Part shown: positions 14,353-27,655 of the stretch, in pieces
How positions within the stretch are numbered: the first letter of the stretch is position 1
Layout: each line of letters opens with the position of its first letter
IMG/VR virus record: IMGVR_UViG_3300045125_000130
DNA length: 64,000 nt
Reading direction: 5' to 3' (one strand)
DNA from: an uncultured virus (IMG/VR IMGVR_UViG_3300045125_000130)
Lineage: Duplodnaviria > Heunggongvirae > Uroviricota > Caudoviricetes
Made by a program: the position numbers and the translations under genes
Notes under the pieces: generated by a model
The model's database searches: none
What the model was told of the DNA's origin: nothing
What the model saw: the letters and a program-made list of their open reading frames with translations, nothing else

Positions 14353-14870
14353 AAAGATTAAAGAAAAACATCTATCTTTCCTTCACAAACCAACTGGATA
14401 TAAGAAACGAGAGTCATTCAAAAGACTTTCTTACTTCCAGATGGTCGTCATACACATCATTCATAGAAAGAACTAATGATAGTGTCAATATCTTTCCTAT
14501 GACAGACGATGGGCAAAAGTGTGCTCGTAAAACAGTTCAGACCGGTCTGAGCAAGTAGATGGAACTACCGGGTGGTATGATAGACCCCGGAGAAAAGCCT
14601 TCTAGAGCCGCTGGAGAGAATTATTAGAGGAGACAGGTTATGAGGGCAACATAGAGTTCTTATCCTGCCCGTAGCTACTCTCCTTACTCTGAAGGCAAGA
14701 GATGTATTTATATTGCTACCGGCTGTAAGAAGATATCTGGACAAGATTTAGATATGGACGAATATGTTGATGTTGCTGAGTTGATATGGAAGATTTAGAA
14801 AATCTTATATGACGGCAAAATAAGAAACCCAGACGGCGCCTATATGGCATTGCATCATCTGGTCTTCTAG
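14349..14870 (+). CDS. NUDIX hydrolase (ADP-ribose pyrophosphatase-like)
   Basis: ELPGGMIDPGEKPSRAAxRELLEETGY Nudix box; downstream IATGCKKISGQDLDMDEYVDV. Confidence 0.85.
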
Positions 14871-14882
14871 ATTAGATTTTGA

Positions 14883-15150
14883 TCACGTGAAGCGTTGAAG
14901 CTTGGCTGGAGCACCTGGTCTAGTTTTATTAGTTAAAGCTCGAGTATCTGGTGTATTATGATGCATTGCTTTACTTGGTATATCTTTACCAGATTTTCCT
15001 GCCTTTTGTACTTTTTCTATTCTTTTATTAGCCATCTTTTATATGCAACAGGGAAATTATAATATGTTTCCCAATTCATTCCAAAGTAATAGCCTAGTAA
15101 GAAGAAAGGTTCAAGAATTATTGCTTCTTTATCTGTTGTAGTGAGGCCAA
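14883..15150 (-). CDS. Tail assembly chaperone downstream (frameshift-extension) reading frame
   Basis: FGLTTTDKEAIILEPFFLLGYYFGMNWETYYNFPVAYKRWLI... has no start codon or SD of its own and begins at a T-run at the end of the gp26-like gene. Confidence 0.6.
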
Positions 15151-16019
15151 AAAAGCTCGCACCCATTGGTAGGGTGACCTCCTCAAAGTGATCGCACAGT
15201 TGCATTTAAAATCGATTTTCATATCAACGCCTGGTTCATGTTTATTGATATATTCACGTAAAACTAAAGAATCACGTGCTGGCATATATTGTACAAATCT
15301 TGAAACTAGACTTTTATTTTCATTGCCATCAATTGCAACGATTGAACGTAATAGACGACCCGTTACAAGATTTGAATTTAAGAAGCTCTTCTCTTTTTCT
15401 CGTTTCGGTGTCTGAAAGTATTTCTTCTTCTTCTTTTCCGCTTAAGAATTTAAATGTAACAGTCTTTTTGATAGCTTGAAGTTTGAAATCAAAGGCATTA
15501 GCTCCAGGATGATTTGACTGGTAATCGCAATGGTTTACTCCTAGTTGATTAAGATCAACATTTAGTTCATTTCTAATCTATATGAAGGGCAAGCTATTAG
15601 TGGAGTATAATCTGAACCATATCCGATGCACGAATTGCAATCATGAGAGCATTTCTGTCACCAGATAACAAAGTCGAAACATCAATATCTTTATTAATCA
15701 AACATGATTTAATAAGTTCAGCTATAACTGTACCACGTTTATTAAGAGCTTGAGACATAAGAATGTCTTCCTCTTTTGCTGTCATTGCACGATATTCAAC
15801 CGTTTCACAATTATGAAGCGGGTGTCCTGATGCATAAACAAGACTCTCTAGACGGAAGAGGCACAGCATCTACCGAATTCTCAACTCCAAGTTCCTGTTT
15901 GGCATATTGTAGTTGTTGTAATAGGTTGTGTTGGATCAGTAGACCCATTTACATCTCTGAGAAGCTGCTTGTGCAGCTAGGATTGCATTTCTTAATCTTC
16001 TATTATCATTTTCTGACAT
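15128..16019 (-). CDS. T4 gp26-like baseplate hub assembly / tail assembly chaperone
   Basis: VPLPSRxLVY...VEYRAMTAKEEDILMSQAL..GTVI..LIKSCL...LLSGDRNALMIAIR..GYG, ending in a Cys-containing segment and EEVTLPMGASFF; GGAGG SD upstream. Confidence 0.8.
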
Positions 16020-16089
16020 TATTTTTCCTCCACTGATATAACTCTTCAATTGTATAACGTCAGCTTACATTGTATAGTTCAGAATATCT

Positions 16090-16710
16090 AATCAAATTAT
16101 ACGCCTGGAGGATTTCGCAACAATAATCTTTGTTTCATCATGACCGGCAATGCTTTTGTATACCAGCCATTGCCATATGCGATTCCTTTCTTCTGGATGC
16201 TTGCCATGCCATCTTAAATCTTTTATTTAGTAGCAAAGTTTTCTTTACTGTCTCTTCATCGTCAACAGTTGGCATTCCCATTTTGCTTACAAGAATATTT
16301 GCTGGTGCTCCAGAAACTTCTATCCATGAACCATTTTGATTAAAAATGAATTCGATCATATCTCTTGATTTAAGTTTTGATTCTGGACCACCATCTGTAA
16401 CAAGAGCAGAAGCCTTTTTAGAGCCTTTCCAATCAGTATAAAGAATACCTGCGTCTGGCTCCGGATCTTCACTCTACATCAGACAAATAAAAATCTGTAA
16501 ATCTGTTTAAGACACCTTCTGAGTATCTGCGCCTGGGAATCCTCCCATACCTCCATATGTCTTATTTACCAAATCCGAAACGTCTGGAGCTACAGTTCTT
16601 GCAATGTCATTATCAGTTGAAACGTTAACAACATCTCCCTTTTTTGCTGGCGCTAGTTTAGGAGCAATGTCTTCTACTAATAGTTTGATATATTCTTTAA
16701 TCAAAGACAT
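16090..16710 (-). CDS. Hypothetical protein (frameshifted)
   Basis: ORF fragments 16507-16710 (MSLIKEYIKLLVE) and 16138-16359 join into one gene. Confidence 0.5.
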
Positions 16711-16711
16711 A

Positions 16712-17017
16712 TCACTAACGTCTTTTGTCCTGCTTCAAAACGTCTAGATAATACTCTTTAACTTCTTTACGTTCTTCGTCACGAGTTAACTTTGCATCCA
16801 AGAAGATGTTTATAACCATATCGGGAACAGGTCTATAACCCTTTACGGCTTTGTATCTTCTTTAAGGCTTGTAGATAGCGTAAAGTTTCAGAAGGTTCCA
16901 TACCCTTTTATGAGCTTTTATACAAGCTTTGTAATCTTCTGAGCATCTGAGAATAAACGAGGATATCCCCTTACGTATACGTTCATATTGTTCCATAGTT
17001 TCTTCTGACATGTGCAT
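16712..17017 (-). CDS. Hypothetical protein
   Basis: MHMSEETMEQYERIRKGISSF..., preceded by TATTTA; broken by indels. Confidence 0.4.
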
Positions 17018-17083
17018 ATACTATAAATAGGAAACCCAGAGATATCTCCAGGCTTCTTCTTGTAAGCTGAATATGATTTTAAA

Positions 17084-17609
17084 TCAGAATTGAAGTACGC
17101 AATTGTCGAAGCGTATATCTAGCTGAATTCTAGACAAATCATCGCCGTCATAACCTAGCTCTGACCATTTAGCAGACTTGCAGAAAGGCACCTTTGATAT
17201 CCCAAAGCTGAACTACTGATACAATCAACTGGATCTAACATCTTGATTTGGATATCACGCTTGGTAGAAATCGTGGACACCGAGTCAACGACCCAGATGC
17301 GGATTCAGCGCAAAGACGAACCGCATCTCCATTTACTTGTCTGGTAGCGCCAGATGGAGCGATTGGATCATAGATTGCTTACGTTGATAGCATCCCATTT
17401 CTACCTTTACACCAGCGATGTAACGGTCTGGCTGTTGATCCATGTGTATTTCTTTTTCTTCAAAAGTCATTCGCCAAGGATCGAGCAGCGGCTTTGATGC
17501 AGGAATGCAATCGATGCCTTCTATAGCAAAAAGACGAACCGATTTTTTCTCAACGGTTCAAACTTCGTAGGTAACGACATCTGTAACTTCGAATAGTAAG
17601 CTGGGCCAT
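17084..17609 (-). CDS. Tail tube protein (T4 gp19-like)
   Basis: Stitched: KFEPLRKNRFVFAIEGID...WINS..YIAGK..WD....YDPIAPSGA......RDIQIKMLDP...WDIKGAF...ELGYDGDD...IRFDNCVLQF*. Confidence 0.85.
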
Positions 17610-17664
17610 AATCCTACCCTTCATTTCTTCTTGTAAATATATTACATCTGGCAAAATTCTCTTT

Positions 17665-18197
17665 TATTCAAACTACGTTTTCAATCTTTAAGCAACGTCG
17701 CTCATCTTCTTTAATCCACTGACGAAGCATCTGAAGATCACTTGCTTCAACTCTACCATATCACTCATCTTGATCAAGTTTATCTCAGATCAGCCCAGAA
17801 GTTCTTCCTCAACTTCTTCTTTCATCCATGCTCTCAACAAAGCTTCTGCACGTGGCGGCTAAATTGCCTCTGCAACAACTGAAGCCTCCAGAAGGTGCCG
17901 GCGCTCCTCCAGGTCCGTCGGTATTGTTGCAGCGTACTTGTGTAGCCGGTATACAGAGCCACCGTCATGCGAGGAGTAGACGTTTCGCCTTCTTCAAGCA
18001 TATCTTCGTACCGATGCCTTCGGCTATGATATAACTTTTGCTGGCGCCGCTTCGCTATCTTCAGGGAAACCACGCATTTCTGCTTCGTCACCCCAAGAGC
18101 CTGCCATACCACATTCATCTACGCCATATCCGCATTCTTTTTAATTCACGAACACGGTCTTCAGTTAAGATACCATAGTTTGTAGTATAAGTTTCAT
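17665..18197 (-). CDS. Acidic hypothetical protein between sheath and tube
   Basis: Glu/Asp-rich coding-like sequence starting MKLILQ; heavily error-damaged. Confidence 0.35.
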
Positions 18198-18201
18198 TTT
18201 A

Positions 18202-21200
18202 TCATCCTTGTCCAAAGTTGCTTGGATTGTTGATTACGAAGTCTACAGACAAGAACTCGAGGGTACGTGTTGGTTGTAAGAAAATCTTACCACGAATTGT
18301 CTTGTTCTCAAAGTCTGCTTGAGTTGTTGTAGAGGTATCGATAACGAATGAGGAAAACGATCAATACCCTTCTGATCTTGGTACACGCTTAAGGATTGGG
18401 TTAACGCCGTGAGAAGCGTGCAAGTGTCTCTGGTAGAGTTTGTTCGAAGAGACTGCGGCTTGCAACTTGACGAACTTGTCTACGGATAGAGAGAAGTAGA
18501 CGACGAACGTTTACATGGTCTAGAGCAGATTGTTGTGCATACATGGCCTTCGACCCCAGATTACCAATCCTTCAGAACCAGCAAAGGATACGATTGGATT
18601 GATATCTACTTGTATAAATCATCCATATTCTGTCTAGAAAGCTCTATTGTAGCTTGCGTTGTTGCAAGAGCGCCACGAGTTGTCGATAAATCTCCGCCGG
18701 AGCAAACCATGGTGAAGGCTGTCAGAAAGTCATTATAAGAATAAGCTCCAAGAGCTGCTGCAACTCGATGGGCGCTGGTGGCCTCGACGTGCCGTGATTT
18801 GGAGTTATATTATCTTGCATGATTACGTCTTGGGAAGCAGCAAGCTCCGCAAGCACTATTGATACCACGATCACGGAAATGCATTGGCAGTATTTCTAAC
18901 AGAGATTATTTGATCGCTTCCGGATACTAGACCGTTAGCTGCAAAATCGCTATTTTTCAATATCCATGATAAAGATCGCACCAAAGCGATTTTCAGCAAT
19001 CTGAAGGGCCTCGTCAGATCAAAACAGGATTCGGTTATACCTGGTATTACAAACGCTTGAATATCTACTTCTGTTGCATCGGACATTAGGTTAAGTGCGG
19101 CATTAGGTGGCAACTACCGCTGGAAACCTTCTTGCAATCCTACGTGAAGGGCATTCTAGTTCTGGTATTAACCGCTAAGTTGGCTAGATAACGTTCTGCT
19201 TTGATCGTAGATATTAACACCGTCAAAACCACCTGTGCAACGAACATGTTGAACTTAGCAAGCTGACGTGTTGTTGGATCAGCTAAATCAGCTACAGCCA
19301 AACCTCTTGTTTGATTAACTCAAATCTGGTGTAACGGATCCATTTCTAACGTAGTTCAGCTTACAACGTTTAATGTACCTGGCAATGACGTTGTTATTGA
19401 TGCGCTTAGATTTGAATGTTTTCAAGAGAGAAAGCATTATTGTTAAAGCGATCGTATCTAGTATACCTATTTGCCGCTGGATCTGGAGTTCCTGATTGTC
19501 CATTGGCGACAAAGTTCATTGTATCTGGTTGAAATCTGGGGAAATATGAAGCAAAGCTGTCGACTGAAGTTTCTTATGTTCGAAATATTTGTTTGAACAG
19601 CATTGATGTTATGTTCAAACTGTACACCCACAATATAATCCGGTGTCAACTGTAAGATTTGGTGAAAGACCTCTTGTGAGATTTTGATGGAATGGTACTG
19701 GCATCTGTACAACATCTCTTAATGGATTTGCTACAGAATAACCAAACTCATCTTGAGCATCAAATGCCTGTAATGGTGCAGAACCTGATGTAACTAAATG
19801 TGCTGGTCCACGGAAACCAACAGGAAGCGCTGTTGGGTCAACATCCCACGCATCGACTGCATCTGCAACTTCTACACGAATGTATTTAGAGTTATTAGTG
19901 TAGTTACCTACAGTTACTAACTTATCATCTCCTTCATTAGCGTCAAAGTTGTGAGAACGTGGTAATCACCTATTACACGTGCAACGTGATTTGGAGAAGT
20001 TGGATCAAGAGATAAGCCACGGAAAGCTTCTAATACCACTCTCATTCTTTATCGTTGTCAGCAAAATCTCTTGCAAGAAGATCAAACGTGCCAGAAAGAT
20101 AGTATAATCCGCCAAACTTGGAGTACGATTCTCGGTGGTAATTTTGAACTTTATTATCTGCATAATCTCCATCATCAAGAGACGTACGCGGTGAAAGATT
20201 TACTGGAAATCCACCAAACTTTTGAGAAGTGATCCATGGACTTTTTGGATGTGATATCTATCTTCGAAGTTTTCGCAATTTGGAGCAGTTGTGGTAATCC
20301 ATACATTTCTGCTTGAGAACCGGTAACAAGAAATGCAACGTTCCATATCCGTGCACTTTATGCCAAGACTTCAGAAGAACCTGAAGTAAGAGGAACCGGT
20401 TGGTAATGCAAAGGTTGGATGAATAACCCAATCTGTTTGAAGAACATATCCAGCTTCTCTCAATCGTGAATGGATCCTCTCATTGAAAAAGATTACCTAG
20501 ATAGTTAGGTGCCGTAACGTCAAATGAAGCAGCATAGAACGTTTTCGGATATGAAACGTTTGTGCTTGTCTGTCCGGAAACAAACATTACGATACTCCTT
20601 GTAAAGAGCCGACTTACTTTAGGATCCGGTTACAGATTGATCACTTGAGCGCTTGCCGCCAAACGCTGAAGAAAGAAAAAGTTGAGTTCCTGATGCGGCA
20701 AAAGGACTGCACGAATAACCGGTACAGCAGCCGCAGACTTTCCAGCATCAGTAAATATTGTAGAGCTGACTACTGTGTTTGCACCATCAACTTCGTATTG
20801 GCTCATAAATGCGCCTAAAAAGTACGTTCTTCCTTCTGGATTTCCGGCTACAGCATACGCATTATTTCCCAGAGCGCCGCCTACACCACTATCTCCTTGT
20901 GGAAGTTGTTGTCCTACGACGGAAACCAGCACCATTTACACGTCCTCGTGGAGAGGTTGTTTGTCTACACTTCCATTTCCGGCACCAAGAACACGTATGA
21001 AAGTTGCGGCCTGTCGCATTTTTATAACCATTCTGAAACGGCTAATGGAACCAACATATACGCCATTATTTGTTTCGCCAAACGCTGCGCTAAAGTCATT
21101 AACTGTAGCTGGTAAGGTTTCAGGAACAAATGCTGGACCAGCGATTGCTGTTCCGATTATACCGGCTGGTATACCGGTTGGTTGAATAGCGGTTGGTCCT

Positions 21201-21256
21201 GTTAAATTTATGGTTCTAGCTGAAACACCGGCTGATTTAAATGATATCTGTGTCAC
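18202..21256 (-). CDS. Tail sheath protein, paralog 2 (~1000 aa, frameshifted)
   Basis: N-terminus ISFKSAGVSARTINLT...PAGIIGTAIAGPAFVP; C-terminus NVRRLLLSIRR...LFEQ...IDTSTTTQADFENKTIRGKIFLQPTRTLEFLSVDFVI. Confidence 0.85.
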
Positions 21257-21305
21257 TGTTTATATGCCTTTTCTTAATTTAACCTTCTTCATCTCTTAAC
21301 TATTA

Positions 21306-24300
21306 TCAGCAACATAATTGAACACCTGCTCTGGTGATAATAAAGTCAACTGCTGTGAATTCAACTCGCCTTGACTGGAAGCAAGTAATTCTTGCATTCA
21401 TTCTCATTAAGTTTTCACGATTCATCTCGTATTGTTTGTGCTTATCGCAAACAACTTTAAACTGTCTCAAACCAATTCCACGATTTTGAACTAATGCCAG
21501 TACTGGCGTTACTCTCAGCAACGAACTCTTGGATAAAGATGCTGGTGTAAGCTGTTGCCAAATCTGATCCAGTTGCCAACATCGTTAACTCGTCTCTGCA
21601 CGTCCATTACCATGCGTTGAACATTGATACTATCTAGAGACGTCTGATCATGATCTCAACGTTTTTTGCGCAAAGATTACGGTGAATCCTTCATTTGGGA
21701 TTCGACTGGCTGGATTTATTCTTACTTGATATAGTTTCTCACGTTCGTACCTTCGATTAACTCGTTCTTGTAAGAGATACGAAGTTTAGCGCAGCACGAT
21801 TAAATCCGGCTGGAGCAAACCATGGATAAGAGAACTTTGTCAGTATAATCCGAACTCGCCGTGCGACGATGCAACAGTAGAAGGTATTGTAACCTTTTTC
21901 CATCAATGCGTGGATCATTAATAACTACATCTGGGAAATAAGCAGCTACGAATGTATTATTAATAGGACGGGTATCGAAGCTTGTAGCCGTATTTTGTAC
22001 GTTAATATAGCTTAGCTGTGCCTGTAGTTGTGCCATCAAATATTCTGGTATCGGAAGAGTTGTAGTTTGGTGCATCCATAGATATCGAGCTAAACCATAA
22101 TTGCGCGGCATCGCTATAATCGTTACGAATGGTTCACGTTGTCCGGGAAGTGCCAATATATTGATATTTGAAGCTATTGGATTTGTTATGATATCTGTAG
22201 CAATCATAAGAATTAATCGGTTGTTAATAATGCCGCTACCATTTTGATTAAAATAAAACTGGACTATCATAACTTGGATTTGCACCACCAAATCCACCAA
22301 CACCGGCTTCTGTTGATGTTGATTGATCATCAAAGTTAACAGCATGTTTATCTAGGATATTAACTACCATCAAAACCGCCGTATAAGAATGCGGTAATTT
22401 TTGCAAAGCTATTATATCTATTGAACTCGACCGGTTGTGTACCAGAGTGTATTAAGCTAGCAAAAGTTAACTGATTACACATTACACAGCTACCCGTAGC
22501 TGTATATGCTTGTTGGATCAACATTACCGTTTCTTAACATAGACTGCAGTTTTTCATCTGTGTTTGCACAGAAGACGTTAGCTGATTAAATGAAGTTACA
22601 CCAAGTGCAACTCTTGCTAAAGTAAACTTATTATCGTTAAATTCATCAACAGACGATCCGGTTACTAGTACGTCTAATTCTCGATACCAGAGAACTTAGT
22701 AAACGTAGGAATAATGTTGTTCAATTCAATTGATGTTTTGTGTTCAATACATCGTTATTATTGCGCTCAAACTTGACGCCCCAGTATAATCTAGCATCAG
22801 AAATTTCCTGAGCACCAGGCAAAGATACTAAGCCGCTACCGGTTACTGCTCCTCTATGTAGCTTTGAAACGATATGGTACCGGAGGTATAATAGCACCTT
22901 CACAACCAAACGTTTCAGCAGAGCACTACCAGCTAGGCGTAGCGTTCGCCAGAAGAACCAGATATATCGGTAAATGTTGGATTTGTGTTAATACTTTGTA
23001 GCTACGAAACCGAATAAGATATACAGTTGCCGGAACTTTCTTTTCCTCAACTTGTTGGTTCATTACTACACGAATGTAGTTCGAACGATTTTGGATACTT
23101 GCCAGAACGTTCAATCTTTACGATCATTTGGATCTTCTACATCGTAATTATAGAAAGCCTTTGCATCACCAATAACTTTAGCAATATACTTGTCGCTTTC
23201 TGGATTTAGAGTAAGATCCGTATATTGTTCTATTACTTCTAAGTTATAATCGTTATCAGTAAATCTACGTACTGCTAATGAGAATGTGCCATATGGATTT
23301 GTTGGATTAGTTGAAGCAAGAATATTTTGAATAGAGATTTTAATCTTATCGTTAGAATATGCACCATCATCAATTGCTTCAATATGAAATACAAATCATA
23401 TTCTGTTGAACCATATGGTTGTGAAGTAAAGCTCGGGGTTTTGGTGATTTAAATCTAGTATCGAAACGTCCAAAGAGCTCTAAGAAGTCGGTTGTTGAAA
23501 GACCCAGACGTTGTAGATGTATTTGCAGAACCGGAAGCAATGAAAACACCGGAAACAGTATTTTGTACAACCGTTGCGACTTCATCATCAACAGCATAAT
23601 CTGCACTTTAAAAAGTGTTGCTCTTGTTCGAACTTAGCTGGATCGGTATTAAGAAGCTTGCCAAAGTAGAGGTCTGAGGTTGGATTAAAAGATGCAGATA
23701 ATATTCTAACACCAGGTAATCCATCGGCTGTTCCGAAAGCAGTTCCGAGAGAAGTAGATATTACTAACTTAAAATAAGGTTCATCGGGCTGTTAGATGGA
23801 GTGCTATATACTGCTGTATCATCAAGCAATGGAGAAAAGCTTTCATTGCTAGCAGACATAATAACAACTCTAAGAGAGCCAGAAGCAACAAATAATACGC
23901 CACGGATAAGATTAACATAACCAGCTCCGTCCGCTGCATCAGCAAAACTGTCATTGTTTGTAAACATTGGGAAGCCGACTGCTTGTTCAGCTTAGTGGTT
24001 CATGGCGAGCCACTAAAAACTGTACAGCTCCATCGCCACGATTACCATTATTAGTGCCTACAACTCCACTAACCTTAAATCCTGCATTTTTTAACATACT
24101 CCCGGCGGTGCGAGTTGCATCGATATCTGCTGTAATATTAGATCCGGCTCCAAGCAATTCTTACAAATGTGAGAGCATTACGATTTTGCAAAAACTTATC
24201 TACCGCATATGGAATAGGCAATTTCGGATCATAACCACCAAACTTCGTTACAAAGTCGTTAAATGAGCCAACCGTATATGGAATAAATGCTGGACCTTTA

Positions 24301-24418
24301 AGAGATGCACCCACCAAACCAGCAGGAAATCTCAACGGGACCGGTTGATCTTGCGGTAGAGATCGATTTCACGATCACAATAACCTGGGGAAGAAATTAA
24401 AAAGTTTGCTGCTGGCAT
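21306..24418 (-). CDS. Tail sheath protein, paralog 1 (~1030 aa, frameshifted)
   Basis: N-terminus SPGYxDREIDL...PAGLVGASLKGPAFIPYTVGSFNDFVTKFG; C-terminus WFAPAGFNRAAL...INVQRM...FKVVCD...VEFTAVDFIITRAGV. Confidence 0.85.
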
Positions 24419-24500
24419 TGATTTTATCCTTCTTATCTATAGTTGAGATAGCTGCCTTTTCTTTTTCTCAATTAGAGCAACTGTCCCTAGTCTTTCCTGT

Positions 24501-25729
24501 TTATTTAGATGATATTAAATATTCTTCTAATGTTTCAATATCTGAAGCTGCAAAGACTGTCTCACCTTTCTTTTGATTGGTATCTAAAATAGATACGTAT
24601 TTTTTTCTCTTTTTTCCAGTTATGGGATCGATTATTGTTTTATTAACAGCATATCGGTGCATAGTAGTGGACGTTTGTTTAGTTTCTGGACTTATATTAA
24701 TATCCGTTAGTGTAAAACCATCATGCACAGTATCTTTCTGAGGCGGTCTTTCTAAATGTTCTTTGGGCTGTATATCGCCTGCTATAGCTACGTCAAACAC
24801 TATATTTGGACAACTTATCCATCTTCTTACAGGTACAGCATCAGTAGGAGCTTGAGCTGCTAACAAATAACCTTTAACATTGATTGTAAAAGTATATTTT
24901 ATTAAACGCTCATCTCCCTCAAACTGATCTATGTTCTCGCCATTGCTAAAAGTATCCTCAGTATATGCTAAAAACCAATATCCTTTATCCGTCTCTAACT
25001 TATGACCTCTAAACTGCGGCAAAAATGAATCTTATACGTCTGTATGGAGATAAGTCATATGTTGAGTATAGTTTGTCCAAAATACTACCTCATACTTTGC
25101 TGTAAAGAACTGTGGTTGCGGGACGGTTATAATCTCATATATATTATTGGCAGATAATCGATCTTGCAATAGACCACCTTGTACAACCTCGAGTTCTCCT
25201 TTGTCATCTCCAGTAGGTCTGGTAGTAGCCGGCAATCCAGACAAAACATTCTGTAAGTGTTTAAGACCCTGTTTGTTAACAAGATTTTGATAGTCTCTAT
25301 CTTCTGGGGACAACTTTCTTTTGATAGTAAGAACTCCAGTCTTACCATTTAGACCACGTGCTATGATATCATCTTTAGATTGTTCTATTGCTGTTCTTCT
25401 TATAGAGATAGCCGGCAATATTAATACTTTATTTTTATCCCGTGGAGGCTTCAATCTTTTAGCTAACGCAAATCTTTCACCGGTAGCAAATATAACATAT
25501 GGCTTTTTATGTTCTGTGGACCTTTATTAGCACTCATCATAAATGTGTTAAAACCAATGGTCTTATCAAATAAACGATGAATTGCAATATCAATATCCTC
25601 AATACCAACTGGAGGGATAGTAAAATCTAAAGACGGAGAATTCTCAAACCCGCTATCCAAATGATCTTTAGGATTTCTTGGATCTTGTGGTATGTTCTGC
25701 CGGGTTACATTCTCTTTTGGATCAGCCAT
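24501..25729 (-). CDS. Tail terminator / sheath stabiliser (T4 gp15-like), frameshifted
   Basis: IPPVGIEDIDIAI...VIFATGERFA...RDKNKVLILPAISIRRT...PQPQFFTAKYEVVFWT...ERLIKYTFTINVKGYLL; position upstream of the sheaths. Confidence 0.7.
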
Positions 25730-25752
25730 ATATATCTAATTATCAGTCTTCA

Positions 25753-26486
25753 TTATAGATATCTCACTGGCTCCGCATATGTTGGACTATTATTATCAAA
25801 AGATGATGCTTCTTCTGGCTTATGTGTTGGATCTGGATCCCCATCTACATTAATAATACGGGCGCCCTCGGCTAATGCAATAGGTGCCATATCCTCTGCC
25901 AATCTATCACGCATCTGACGACGATCAAGGGTTTCTCCCTCGATATTCTCTGTAAGACCACGTTGCTGCTGCAAAACCTTAGTAACATTGCTATCAAGAT
26001 ATTTAACGCCTTGGTCTTTAAGCATTTGTTTAAAGATATTAACGTCAAATCATGTCCCTTGCGAGCTACTTTACCTTCTAACTTATACCCAGTTGTATAC
26101 TCTACTTGACCATATATGTTGGTTATAGGCACGAAGGTCACTAATTCGTATGAATTGGTCGCCATAAAGGAAAAAATCGCCCTCGCTTAACTTATAACCC
26201 TTATCCAGAGATCACGGGCTTGAACATATAACTCAAACTTGTTGACTTGTTCATTACCAAACTGGTTCCATTTTGTTTCCCAGTTAGGTTGACCTGCTAA
26301 TACGTCCAATCTTATCGGATTTTCAAATATCTTCTCTATGGCTTCTTCGTAAACTGGGTGAACTTGTGTTTTCATAGTAGAGATTGGGTATTAGATGATC
26401 TGTTGACCAATAACATCTTTGATTACCTCTTTGATAACATCATTGATAAACTGTATCTCTCGACTTGATATGAATAATCTTGCCAT
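25753..26486 (-). CDS. Head completion / neck protein (T4 gp14-like), frameshifted
   Basis: MARLFISSREIQFINDVIKEVIKDVIGQQIIxYPI...VYEEAIEKIFENPI...EGDFF...YEL. Confidence 0.7.
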
Positions 26487-26490
26487 ATGT

Positions 26491-27651
26491 TTACTTTACG
26501 CCTGGAAACTGTTTTTTATTATAATATTCTTGTGCCACATGATATCGGTCCAATAACATGTTATATAACTGAAATAATCTTATTAATGCTGATTTAACTT
26601 GCGGAGTGTTATAGCGATGTTTAAATTCGTAATTTTTTAAACCGGTTAATCCAACGGATTGTTTATATTCTTCCAATATTGTATCTGCTATTTTCTCTGG
26701 ATTTTCTATACGTAATCCTTTAGAAACTTTCAATGAAATATTGTCATTTATTTCCTATTGCCAAGTTCTTCTTCATCCTCGGCTGATTGTTTATATTCTA
26801 TCGTTCAGGGTAAGCACCAAATAGGACCATCTTGAACAAATCGTTTTTTCCTATGTAACCAACAAAACTAAAGCTCTTTTAATATCCGCCGGATATCTTG
26901 CATAATATTTTTTACCAATCAATCCAGGTGCGAACTCCGTGCCGGTAACTGCTTTATGAAAGTCGAGGGCTATCGTGCGGACTCCGAAATGATCGAGTCC
27001 CTTATCGATGATTGGTTCCTGGAACTCTTTCATGAACCATTGTGCATATTCGTCAGATTTCATCGTGAAAGGTTTGGTAAATGCTTCTTCTGGTAAACGA
27101 AAACCAAATTCTTTTTCAAAAGCATCATTGATTTGATCCTTTACTTTGCGATCAATGGTTATTTTATTAAATCTTGATGGAGATATTTTATAGCGCCCAT
27201 TCTTCTCTACTGATTGTCTTCTTCTACCAAATGCTTTAGCTATGTTAACCGTAAAAGCATGAACAATATCATGAGTTTCATCAAAACTGCTCATTTCTGA
27301 ATGTTTTGACGTTGGATCTAGATATAGTTTGAAGCTATTGCCGCTATATTGAAAACTCATACCGCCACGAATCCGCTCGGTCTTTGTTGTCATGGGAGCA
27401 GATTTTAGTTGTACACCAGCATCTATAATATCAATAGGAACAGCTCCAGGCAAAGCATTGCCTTCATAAATCAACTTATTTATCGCTTGGGCAAAAGCAT
27501 ATATGCCAATCATGTTAGAAGACAGATATTCAATATTAATATCTTCTTCTAACTCTTCCTTATGATTATTAGGCGGATATATTCTTTTAATAGTTTCATA
27601 TGGTCTTCTTTAATTGGTAGCGTTCCATTTATCAAACAAATCAGAGGGCAC
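26491..27651 (-). CDS. Hypothetical protein inserted between neck genes
   Basis: GTG start MPSDLFDKW; ORF fragments 26851-27513 and 26491-26733; contains ETHDIVHA. Confidence 0.5.
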
Positions 27652-27655
27652 TTTT

